Shown piece after piece: positions 56,915-64,000 of a stretch of 64,000 nt of DNA; within the stretch, counting starts at the first letter, position 1, and each line of letters opens with the position of its first letter. The position numbers and the translations under genes are program-made. Location of the stretch: positions 32,001 through 96,000 of the forward strand of contig JBMORA010000018.1 in NCBI GenBank assembly GCA_049320885.1, written 5' to 3'. The stretch comes from Thermodesulfobacteriota bacterium. Its GTDB lineage: Bacteria > Desulfobacterota > Desulfobacteria > Desulfobacterales > SURF-7. The notes under the pieces were generated by a model. It searched no databases, had not been told where the DNA came from, and saw nothing but the letters and a program-made list of their open reading frames with translations.

Positions 56915-56930
56915 AGCAATATGCACGCCA
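56915..56930 (-). promoter_or_regulatory. Sigma54 (-24/-12) promoter for the DRR-repeat gene
   Basis: Minus strand TGGCGTGCATATTGCT, exact GG-N10-GC spacing. Confidence 0.72.
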
Positions 56931-57080
56931 GAATTCGAAAGCATCCCCGAGATCCTACGAACGCGTTATTAATTTATTGTTTTCAATATATTATTCCAAT
57001 ATCCAATGGCCCTTGCCCCACTGTCCGGCTCCTACTGGGTAAGTTTTTTCCATATGAATTGGGAAATGTCCGCCTTAACA

Positions 57081-57101
57081 ATTCTGAAATAATTGCCATA
57101 C
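57081..57101. promoter_or_regulatory. Second copy of the 21-bp motif; candidate upstream activator sequence
   Basis: ~150 bp upstream of the sigma54 promoter at 56915-56930. Confidence 0.5.
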
Positions 57102-57190
57102 TCTCCCCCTTTCGCATTCTCCCGTCATGATTAATTCTTTTGTTCACCTTATATTTTTGTATTGACAACCCACCCTCCCCACCGCTATAT

Positions 57191-57225
57191 ACTGATCAAT
57201 TAGTCAGCCTGACTGATTGATCAGT
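57191..57225. promoter_or_regulatory. TetR operator-like inverted repeat just upstream of tetR
   Basis: ACTGATCAATTAGTCAG-C-CTGACTGATTGATCAGT: 17-bp arms with 1 mismatch, each arm containing CTGA-N8-TCAG; follows TTGACA (57162) and a TATATACT -10 region. Confidence 0.7.
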
Positions 57226-57246
57226 TAATTTTTAACCTGGTTCCGA

Positions 57247-57843
57247 ATGCGCATGTCCAAAAAACAAGACATTCTGCGAGCAGCCATCACTCTTTTCGCC
57301 CTGAAGGGATTCAAGGACACGTCCATTACCCAGGTCGCTCAAATGATCGGCGTAGCCAGCGCCACGGTTTTCTACCATTTTAAAAACAAGGAAGAGCTTT
57401 TCATGGCTGTCCTCCAGGAAGTCCGCGAAGGAATTGTGAGCGAATCCCAGGCCTACTTCCAGGAGAACGAGTTTCATACAGGCATCGACATGGTAGAGGG
57501 CGCGGTCTCCCTTTATATTTACCTGGCTGGAATCCGCGAGGAATGGTTTTGCCTGCTTCACCGCCATCATGCATTCAAGCTGGCTGAAACCAATCCCCTC
57601 TGCCGGCGGTATCTGGAAGACATCTATAATTGTCTCGTGGATATTTTCGAGACCGCCCTTCGCCAGGGACAACGGGATGGCTCCGTGGACAGCTCTTTAT
57701 CACCCCGGAAAATGGCCCTGTTGGTTCTCACCATGGTTGACGGCATCGTGCGCCTGAAAACGGATAATTTGTACGATGCCGGCGCCTTGTATAATGATCT
57801 CATTTTGGCTTGTCGTCGTATGGTTGCAAACACTAGAAATTAG
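57247..57843 (+). CDS. TetR/AcrR-family regulator
   Basis: ILRAAITLFALKGF...SITQVAQMIGVASATVFYHFKNKEEL. Confidence 0.94.
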   Translation: MRMSKKQDILRAAITLFALKGFKDTSITQVAQMIGVASATVFYHFKNKEELFMAVLQEVREGIVSESQAYFQENEFHTGIDMVEGAVSLYIYLAGIREEWFCLLHRHHAFKLAETNPLCRRYLEDIYNCLVDIFETALRQGQRDGSVDSSLSPRKMALLVLTMVDGIVRLKTDNLYDAGALYNDLILACRRMVANTRN

Positions 57844-59976
57844 GTGATGCCGATGTTGCTGAAATTTTTTCCTTTTTTAAGCTGGTTCCATGATTACAAT
57901 CTGGACAAGTTGCGGACCGATGCCATGGCGGGTCTGACCGTGGCCCTGGTGTTGATCCCCCAGTCCATGGCGTACGCCCAATTGGCTGGAATGCCGTCCT
58001 ATTATGGCTTGTACGCCGCTTTCCTGCCACCCGTGATCGCCTCTCTTTTCGGCTCCAGCCGCCAGCTGGCCACCGGTCCCGTTGCCGTGGTTTCCCTGAT
58101 GACCGCCGCATCCCTCGCTCCGCTGGCCACCGCCGGCAGTGACGGCTACATCGCTTATGCCATCGCCCTGGCGCTCATTGTCGGCTTGTTTCAGTTTCTG
58201 CTGGGTGTCCTGCGGCTTGGGATCGTCGTCAATTTTTTATCCCATCCGGTGGTGAACGGTTTTACCAATGCCGCAGCCATTATCATCGCCTCCTCACAGT
58301 TTTCCAAACTCTTCGGCGTCACCGTGGATGAATCCGAACACCATTACGAAACCATCCTCCATGTCTGCCGGGCGGCTATTCAATACACCCATTGGCCGAC
58401 CTTCTGGATGGGACTCCTGGCCTTCAGCATCATGTACGGGCTGAAACGGCTGAACCCCAAGATACCCAATGTACTGGTGGCCGTGGCCATCACCTCGGTT
58501 ATCTCCTGGGCCGTGGGTTTTGAAAACAATCATTCGGCAAGCCTGGAGGCCATTGATTCCATGGAAACCAGGGAACTTATCGCCAAGTTCAACGAAGCCG
58601 TCACCTTGACGGATGCCGCCGCCATGGAACGGACGAACCTGACGCAGCAACTGGAAAAAGCCCAGAAAGAGGGCAATCCTTTTCAATTGCTGGAAGCGGA
58701 ACATGCCATCAACCGCATCAACCTCCGGATCGAAACCCACAAACACGAAGCCCATTCGTATCGGGAATCGTTGCGCAGCATGCTTTTTGTCACCGTGAAA
58801 AACCCGGAAGGGGCTCTCCGTTTTCGACTGAAAAAAGACGCACCCGGGGACGGGGACGGCCGAATCTGGCGGATCAAAGTCGGCAATTCCGCATTGAAGA
58901 CGGATAAGCTTCCCATGATGGGGGGCGGAGCAGTGGTGGGCGACGTACCGAAGGGATTGCCGTCCCTGATCATTCCGTCCATCAAACTCAGCGATGTGTT
59001 TCACCTGCTGCCCTTTGCCGCCATCATTTCCCTGCTGGGATTCATGGAAGCGATTTCCATCGCCAAGGCCCTCGCCGCCAAAACCGGCCAACGCCTGGAC
59101 CCGAATCAGGAATTGATCGGCCAGGGATTGGGCAACATCCTCGGAGCCATCGCTCAGAGCTACCCGACCTCCGGGTCGTTTTCCCGTTCGGCGGTCAATC
59201 TCCAGGCCGGAGCGGTAACCGGACTTTCCAGCGCCTTCACCAGCCTTACGGTGCTGATTGTCCTGCTGTTTTTAACCCCGCTCCTGTATCACTTGCCCCA
59301 GTCGGTGCTCGCGGCCGTAATCATGATGGCGGTGATCAGCCTGCTCAATGTATCCGGTTTCATCCACGCCTGGCGGGCCCAGTGGTATGACGGCGCCATC
59401 TCCATCATCACTTTTATCTTCACCCTTGCGTTCGCGCCCCATCTTGACAAGGGCATCATGATCGGGGTGGTGCTGTCGCTGGGGGTTTTTTTGTATAAAA
59501 GCATGCGACCGACGGTCACTTCGCTTTCCCGCCATGAAGACGACGCCCTGCGCGACGCCGTTTTTCACGGACTCCGGGAATGTGAGTATATCGACATGAT
59601 CCGGTTCGAAGGGCCGCTCTTTTTCGCCAATGCCAGTTATCTGGAAGACCAGATCAACGATCGCATGCTGCACCGTAAAAAACTGAAACATATGATTATC
59701 GTGGCCAATGCCATCAACGACGTTGACGCCTCCGGAGAGGAAGTTCTTTCCCTGTTGATCGACAACATCAGAAGCGCGGGAGTGGAGATTTCTTTCAGCG
59801 GGGTCAATGAATCCGTAATGATGGTTCTGGAGCGCACGCATCTGATCGCCAAAATCGGCAGGAACAACATCTACCCGACCATGGAAAAAGCGATTTGTGC
59901 GGTACATGGTCAGGCCCACCAGAACGGGGCCGAAGCGCTTTGCCCATTGACAACGGTTTGCCGCATTGCTTCGTAA
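57844..59976 (+). CDS. SulP-family anion permease with STAS domain
   Basis: AGLTVALVLIPQSMAYA, GSSRQLATGPVA, NQELIGQG, GSFSRSAVN and STAS LFFANA motifs. Confidence 0.95.
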   Translation: MMPMLLKFFPFLSWFHDYNLDKLRTDAMAGLTVALVLIPQSMAYAQLAGMPSYYGLYAAFLPPVIASLFGSSRQLATGPVAVVSLMTAASLAPLATAGSDGYIAYAIALALIVGLFQFLLGVLRLGIVVNFLSHPVVNGFTNAAAIIIASSQFSKLFGVTVDESEHHYETILHVCRAAIQYTHWPTFWMGLLAFSIMYGLKRLNPKIPNVLVAVAITSVISWAVGFENNHSASLEAIDSMETRELIAKFNEAVTLTDAAAMERTNLTQQLEKAQKEGNPFQLLEAEHAINRINLRIETHKHEAHSYRESLRSMLFVTVKNPEGALRFRLKKDAPGDGDGRIWRIKVGNSALKTDKLPMMGGGAVVGDVPKGLPSLIIPSIKLSDVFHLLPFAAIISLLGFMEAISIAKALAAKTGQRLDPNQELIGQGLGNILGAIAQSYPTSGSFSRSAVNLQAGAVTGLSSAFTSLTVLIVLLFLTPLLYHLPQSVLAAVIMMAVISLLNVSGFIHAWRAQWYDGAISIITFIFTLAFAPHLDKGIMIGVVLSLGVFLYKSMRPTVTSLSRHEDDALRDAVFHGLRECEYIDMIRFEGPLFFANASYLEDQINDRMLHRKKLKHMIIVANAINDVDASGEEVLSLLIDNIRSAGVEISFSGVNESVMMVLERTHLIAKIGRNNIYPTMEKAICAVHGQAHQNGAEALCPLTTVCRIAS

Positions 59977-59996
59977 ATGAAATAGGGAGGTTATCC

Positions 59997-61226
59997 ATGT
60001 CAGTTATCGCCATTTTCAGCGGTGCCCATTGCCGCTCCATACCGGTTATCGACGGTGTGAAAACCAAGACTGGTTATCGCATTGTAACGGAACAGGAAAT
60101 CATCGCCAAGGCAGCGGCATCGACCGGCATGCCGGAGAAAAAGTTCGAAGCGGTCTTTGCTTCCAAAATTTCCGTGTTCAATCAATTCACCCATGAAAGA
60201 GAGCGTTCCATCGCCTACCTGCGACGCACCCTGGCGGGAATCCTGTCCGACGACAATCTGATCGTCACCGGTTTCCCGCTGCATCTCATCCCCAAGGAAA
60301 TCGCCCACATCCTGCGGGTATGCCTGATCGCGGATCTGAAATCACGCCTGGCAACCGCCAGGGAAGAAAAGGGGCTTTCGGAAAAAGCGGCCCTGGAGTC
60401 CATCCGCAAGGAGGATGAAAAAACCATTGCCTGGGTGAAGGCCCTGCATGATGAAGCGGATCCTTGGAATCCCAAGCATTATGACCTGGTCTTGCCGACG
60501 GATAAAACCAGCGTCACCGATGCCGTTGCCGCCATCGTGGAGCACGGAACCAGTGATATCCTCAGACGTTCGGCGCTCTCGGAAAAAGCTCTCGGGGATT
60601 TTGCATTGACGGCGGAAATAGAAACGGCCCTGGCCAGGGAAGGCCACAACATCCGGGTTGCCTCGCAGAACGGCGCTGTCCGGCTGACCATTGAAAAACA
60701 GGTTCTGATGCTCAGCCGTCTGGAGGAAGAACTGAAGCAGATCGTTTCCAAAATCCCCGGCGTACGTTCCATTGCAACGGAAGTCGGTAAAAATTTTCAC
60801 CAGACCGATATCTACCGAAAATATGACTTCCAAACCCCTTCCAAAGTATTGCTGGTGGACGATGAACGCGAATTCGTGCAAACCCTGTCGGAAAGACTGA
60901 TCATGCGGGATATGGGTTCCGCGGTGGCCTATGACGGCGAAAGCGCCTTGACCATGATTCACGATGACGAACCGGAAGTCATGATTCTGGATCTGAAAAT
61001 GCCAGGGATCAATGGAATCGAAGTATTGCGTCAAGTCAAGGAAACCAGGCCTGAAATTGAAGTCATCATTCTAACCGGCCATGGCTCTGAGGCGGACAAG
61101 CAAATCTGCCTGCAGCTCGGCGCCTTTGCTTATTTACAAAAACCTGTTGATATCAATACGTTAAGTACCGCCATCCAACAGGCAAATGAGAAAATTCTGA
61201 AAAACAAACCCCGGACGGCTGAGTGA
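59997..61226 (+). CDS. Response regulator with cytidylate-kinase-like, BON-like and C-terminal REC domains
   Basis: GGGAGG RBS; LRVCLIA and DPWNPKHYDLVL (CMK-like); BON-like segment; LLVDDE, LDLKMP, LTGHG and QKP. Confidence 0.88.
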   Translation: MSVIAIFSGAHCRSIPVIDGVKTKTGYRIVTEQEIIAKAAASTGMPEKKFEAVFASKISVFNQFTHERERSIAYLRRTLAGILSDDNLIVTGFPLHLIPKEIAHILRVCLIADLKSRLATAREEKGLSEKAALESIRKEDEKTIAWVKALHDEADPWNPKHYDLVLPTDKTSVTDAVAAIVEHGTSDILRRSALSEKALGDFALTAEIETALAREGHNIRVASQNGAVRLTIEKQVLMLSRLEEELKQIVSKIPGVRSIATEVGKNFHQTDIYRKYDFQTPSKVLLVDDEREFVQTLSERLIMRDMGSAVAYDGESALTMIHDDEPEVMILDLKMPGINGIEVLRQVKETRPEIEVIILTGHGSEADKQICLQLGAFAYLQKPVDINTLSTAIQQANEKILKNKPRTAE

Positions 61227-61233
61227 AACCAGG

Positions 61234-62988
61234 ATGAACCTGCTGAACAGCATAAAACCGGCGTTCATGAAAGAACGGAACGTAGCCGAAGGCTCCCCCT
61301 TCAGCCATATGTTCAATTTCCGGAAAATCTGGCGAAAAGCCGTATTCATGACCGCCGTATCCGCCATCCTGCCGCTTGTGGTCATCACGGCCGTGGATTA
61401 TAACTTGACCCAGCAATCCGCGAAATCCGAAGTTATTTCAAGAGCAAGCCGCATTGTTTCCAACACCAAGCGATCCATCTCGTATTTTTTATCCGTGCGT
61501 CAGGCCGCCCTCGATTTTATCATCCATGACAACCGGGCGGAGCGACTCACCGACCGCCGTCGCCTGAACGAAATTTTACAGAACTTGAAGGCTTCCTTCG
61601 GCGGAATCAGCGATATCGGCCTCATCGATCATCAGGGGCGGCAGATCGCCTACATCGGTGAGTATGACCTGGAAGGAAAAAATTACAGCGGCCAAAAATG
61701 GTTCTTGGAAGTATTGGACAGGGGGGTTTATGTCAGTGATGTATTTCTCGGCTTCCGCAATCTGCCGCATCTGGTGATCGCCGTGAAATACACATTGTCC
61801 GACGGTTTCTATTATATCCTGCGCGCCTCCGTGGACACAGCCCAGTTCACCGAGCTGCTTTCCAACCTGGAAATGGTCGAGCAAAGCGACGCCTTTATCA
61901 TCAATCAGGAGGGAACGCTGCAAACCCCGTCGCGAAGCCATGGCAAGGTCCTGGAGAAAATCAATCTGGACGTGCCCCCCTACGCCCAGGAAACCGCAAT
62001 CCTGCAGCAATCCGATTCAAAGGGGGAGGAACTCATCATCGGTTACGCCTATATCCAAAACACGCCTTTTATTCTGATGGTCATCAAACAGAAAGGCGAA
62101 CTCATGCGGCCCTGGCGGAAAACCAGGATACAAATCCTGGGGTTTCTGATGATTGGAGTCGTTTTTATCCTGATCACCATCATCGGATTCGCGACCTACA
62201 TGGTTAACAACATGTATTATGCGGATCAAAAACGCCTGATGGCCCTCCATCAAATGGAATATTCCAACAAGCTGGCCTCCATCGGCCGTCTGGCGGCGGG
62301 AGTGGCCCACGAAATCAACAACCCCCTGGCGATTATCAACGAAAAAGCCGGTTTTATCAAAGATCTGTTCACTTATAAAAATGAATATAAGAACGATCAG
62401 AAATTGATCGATTGCGTCAACTCCATCCTGTCGTCGGTGGAACGGGGCGGCAGAATCACCCATCGGTTACTGGGATTCGCCCGACATATGGACGCGAAGA
62501 TCGAAAAGATCAATCTGAAGAATGTGATCACCGATGTTCTGGGCTTTCTCGCAAAGGAAGCGGAATACAGGTCCATCGATATCAAGCTGGACATCTCCGA
62601 TGCCATCGAGCCCTTCGAGACCGACCGGGGAAAACTGCAACAGATCCTCCTGAACTTGATCAACAACGCATTTGCCGCCGTCCAGGACGGCGGGCGTATA
62701 GAAATTTCCGCGAATCCGGTGGGCGCGGATCAAGTTGCCATTGTTTGCGCCGACCAGGGATGCGGCATTTCCGCTGAAAATCTGAAACATGTTTTCGAAC
62801 CGTTTTTCTCCACCCGGGCAAATGTCGGCGGCACTGGTCTGGGTCTTTCCATCACCTATGGCCTGGTCAAGGAACTCGGCGGCACCATTGATGTCAAAAG
62901 CGAAGCCGGCAAGGGCACGCGCTTCACCATCCTGCTGCCGCTGAAAATGAAGCCATCAGAGGAGAATCGACAATGCGTGTCTTACTAG
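61234..62988 (+). CDS. Membrane sensor histidine kinase (Cache-like periplasmic domain)
   Basis: Two TMs, AHEINNPL H-box, NLINNA, DQGCGI, FEPFFST and GTGLGL motifs. Confidence 0.95.
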   Translation: MNLLNSIKPAFMKERNVAEGSPFSHMFNFRKIWRKAVFMTAVSAILPLVVITAVDYNLTQQSAKSEVISRASRIVSNTKRSISYFLSVRQAALDFIIHDNRAERLTDRRRLNEILQNLKASFGGISDIGLIDHQGRQIAYIGEYDLEGKNYSGQKWFLEVLDRGVYVSDVFLGFRNLPHLVIAVKYTLSDGFYYILRASVDTAQFTELLSNLEMVEQSDAFIINQEGTLQTPSRSHGKVLEKINLDVPPYAQETAILQQSDSKGEELIIGYAYIQNTPFILMVIKQKGELMRPWRKTRIQILGFLMIGVVFILITIIGFATYMVNNMYYADQKRLMALHQMEYSNKLASIGRLAAGVAHEINNPLAIINEKAGFIKDLFTYKNEYKNDQKLIDCVNSILSSVERGGRITHRLLGFARHMDAKIEKINLKNVITDVLGFLAKEAEYRSIDIKLDISDAIEPFETDRGKLQQILLNLINNAFAAVQDGGRIEISANPVGADQVAIVCADQGCGISAENLKHVFEPFFSTRANVGGTGLGLSITYGLVKELGGTIDVKSEAGKGTRFTILLPLKMKPSEENRQCVSY

Positions 62989-63332
62989 TCGACGACGAAC
63001 AGGAACTGGTCGCCACCCTGGCGGAACGCCTGGCCTTCCGGGGGATAGACGCCGAATGGGCCACCAGCGGACAAAAGGCTCTGCAGCGCCTGGCCGATGA
63101 ATCCTTCGACATCGCCGTCATCGATGTCAAGATGCCGGTCATGAACGGTTTTGAATTGAAGCACAAAATGCAGGTCCTGCGACCTGAACTGAAATATATC
63201 TTTTTAACCGGCCATGGTTCCCAACAGGATTATCTAACGGGGCAGTCCGAAGCCGGTATGGATTTCTACCTGATCAAGCCGGTGGATATCGACATCCTGA
63301 TTCAAAAAATGAGAGAAACCCTCAATAAATAA
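62973..63332 (+). CDS. Single-domain response regulator
   Basis: LLVDDE, IDVKMP, LTGHG and IKP motifs. Confidence 0.93.
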   Translation: MRVLLVDDEQELVATLAERLAFRGIDAEWATSGQKALQRLADESFDIAVIDVKMPVMNGFELKHKMQVLRPELKYIFLTGHGSQQDYLTGQSEAGMDFYLIKPVDIDILIQKMRETLNK

Positions 63333-63343
63333 GGAGGTGCGCC

Positions 63344-64000
63344 ATTACACCGAAATCATCCATTGCCTGCGATTCGGAGCTGCGTTTCTTCGGGAAAATA
63401 ACCGCCTCCGTCTCCCATGAGATCAAGAACGTCCTCGCCATCATCAATGAAAATGCGGGGCTGCTGGCCGATTTCATTCAGATGGAGCAACAAGGAAGAA
63501 CGGTGGAGCCCGCGCGTTTTGAAGCGCTGTCCCGGAAGATCCAGAACCAGGTGGGTAGAGCCGATGATATCATCCGGCGCCTGAACCGCTTTTCCCATAG
63601 TGTTGATGAGTCCAGTATGAAGATCGACCTCGCCGACACCATTGAATTCATGATCGCCATTTGCGGCCGGTTGGCTGCCGGAAGAAAGAAAAAACTGGAT
63701 TTAATCCGGCCGGAACAACCCGAACAGGTGGTGACGAACCTGTTCGTCCTGGAAAACATCCTGTGGCGCTGTTTCGATTTTGCCATGGTTGCAGCGGGAA
63801 GCAACCAGACCGTCACCATCACCGTGAGGGGCGACTCCGAAGAACAGGTCTTGGTATGCTTCAGCGGACTGACGGACCTGGTCCGGCAGGGCGAGGCGAC
63901 TCTCCCCGGAGAAGAGGAAACAGCCCTTCTGGACATCCTGAATGGAACCGTCGTTCTGAAGAATGACAGCGGGGAAATGTTCCTTACTTTACCGCGGCGC
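63344..64000 (+). CDS. HisKA-like phosphotransferase with degenerate ATPase domain; partial, apparent ATT start
   Basis: Manual translation, absent from the ORF track: ...ELRFFGKITASVSHEIKNVLAIINENAGLL...RLNRFSHS..., open to the window end. No N/G1/G2 boxes seen. Confidence 0.78.
   Translation, partial: MTPKSSIACDSELRFFGKITASVSHEIKNVLAIINENAGLLADFIQMEQQGRTVEPARFEALSRKIQNQVGRADDIIRRLNRFSHSVDESSMKIDLADTIEFMIAICGRLAAGRKKKLDLIRPEQPEQVVTNLFVLENILWRCFDFAMVAAGSNQTVTITVRGDSEEQVLVCFSGLTDLVRQGEATLPGEEETALLDILNGTVVLKNDSGEMFLTLPRR

Noticed and set aside
1..64000. tRNA, rRNA, SRP RNA, riboswitch or CRISPR array
   Set aside because: None recognised by eye in the intergenic regions; an Infernal/tRNAscan run would be needed to exclude weak cases.

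Overview
Chromosomal window from a GC-rich bacterium, most likely Desulfobacterota/Desulfobacterales (inferred from gene content and style, not from a search). In order: (1) part of an AT-richer surface-polysaccharide cluster (GT, LbH acetyltransferase, Wzy/ligase, Wzx, FrhB-like Fe-S protein, pyruvyl transferase), capped by a vapBC toxin-antitoxin pair and a nucleotidyltransferase remnant; (2) a lipid kinase plus a cluster of exported FlgT-like, WD40 and beta-barrel proteins; (3) an alpha/beta hydrolase divergent from a small ORF and two tandem phytoene-dehydrogenase-family flavoproteins; (4) the housekeeping string ffh-rpsP-khpA-rimM-trmD-MTase-rplS-rnhB-yraN-rsmI, followed by an ADP-forming acyl-CoA ligase and a PPTase, with rlmN divergent; (5) an orphan actin-like ParM/StbA gene with a clear sigma54 promoter; (6) a DUF4384-like / CHASE2 adenylate cyclase / TPR-CHAT protease operon; (7) recD2; (8) a permuted type II secretion cluster (gspGHIJKLMN-CDE, no gspF) preceded by an orphan ParA and a small RHH-like partner; (9) sigma54 activators and a small DRR-repeat protein; (10) a TetR-SulP-two-component cluster ending in a phosphotransferase-like gene with no canonical start codon. 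I saw no rRNA, tRNA, CRISPR array, transposase or integrase. The best candidates for undescribed biology are the two plasmid-type partition ATPases in a non-mobile setting, the CtmAB-like flavoprotein pair, the exported CHAT/cyclase module, and a possible sigma54 regulon marked by a shared 21-bp motif. All functional proposals are inferences from motifs and context.
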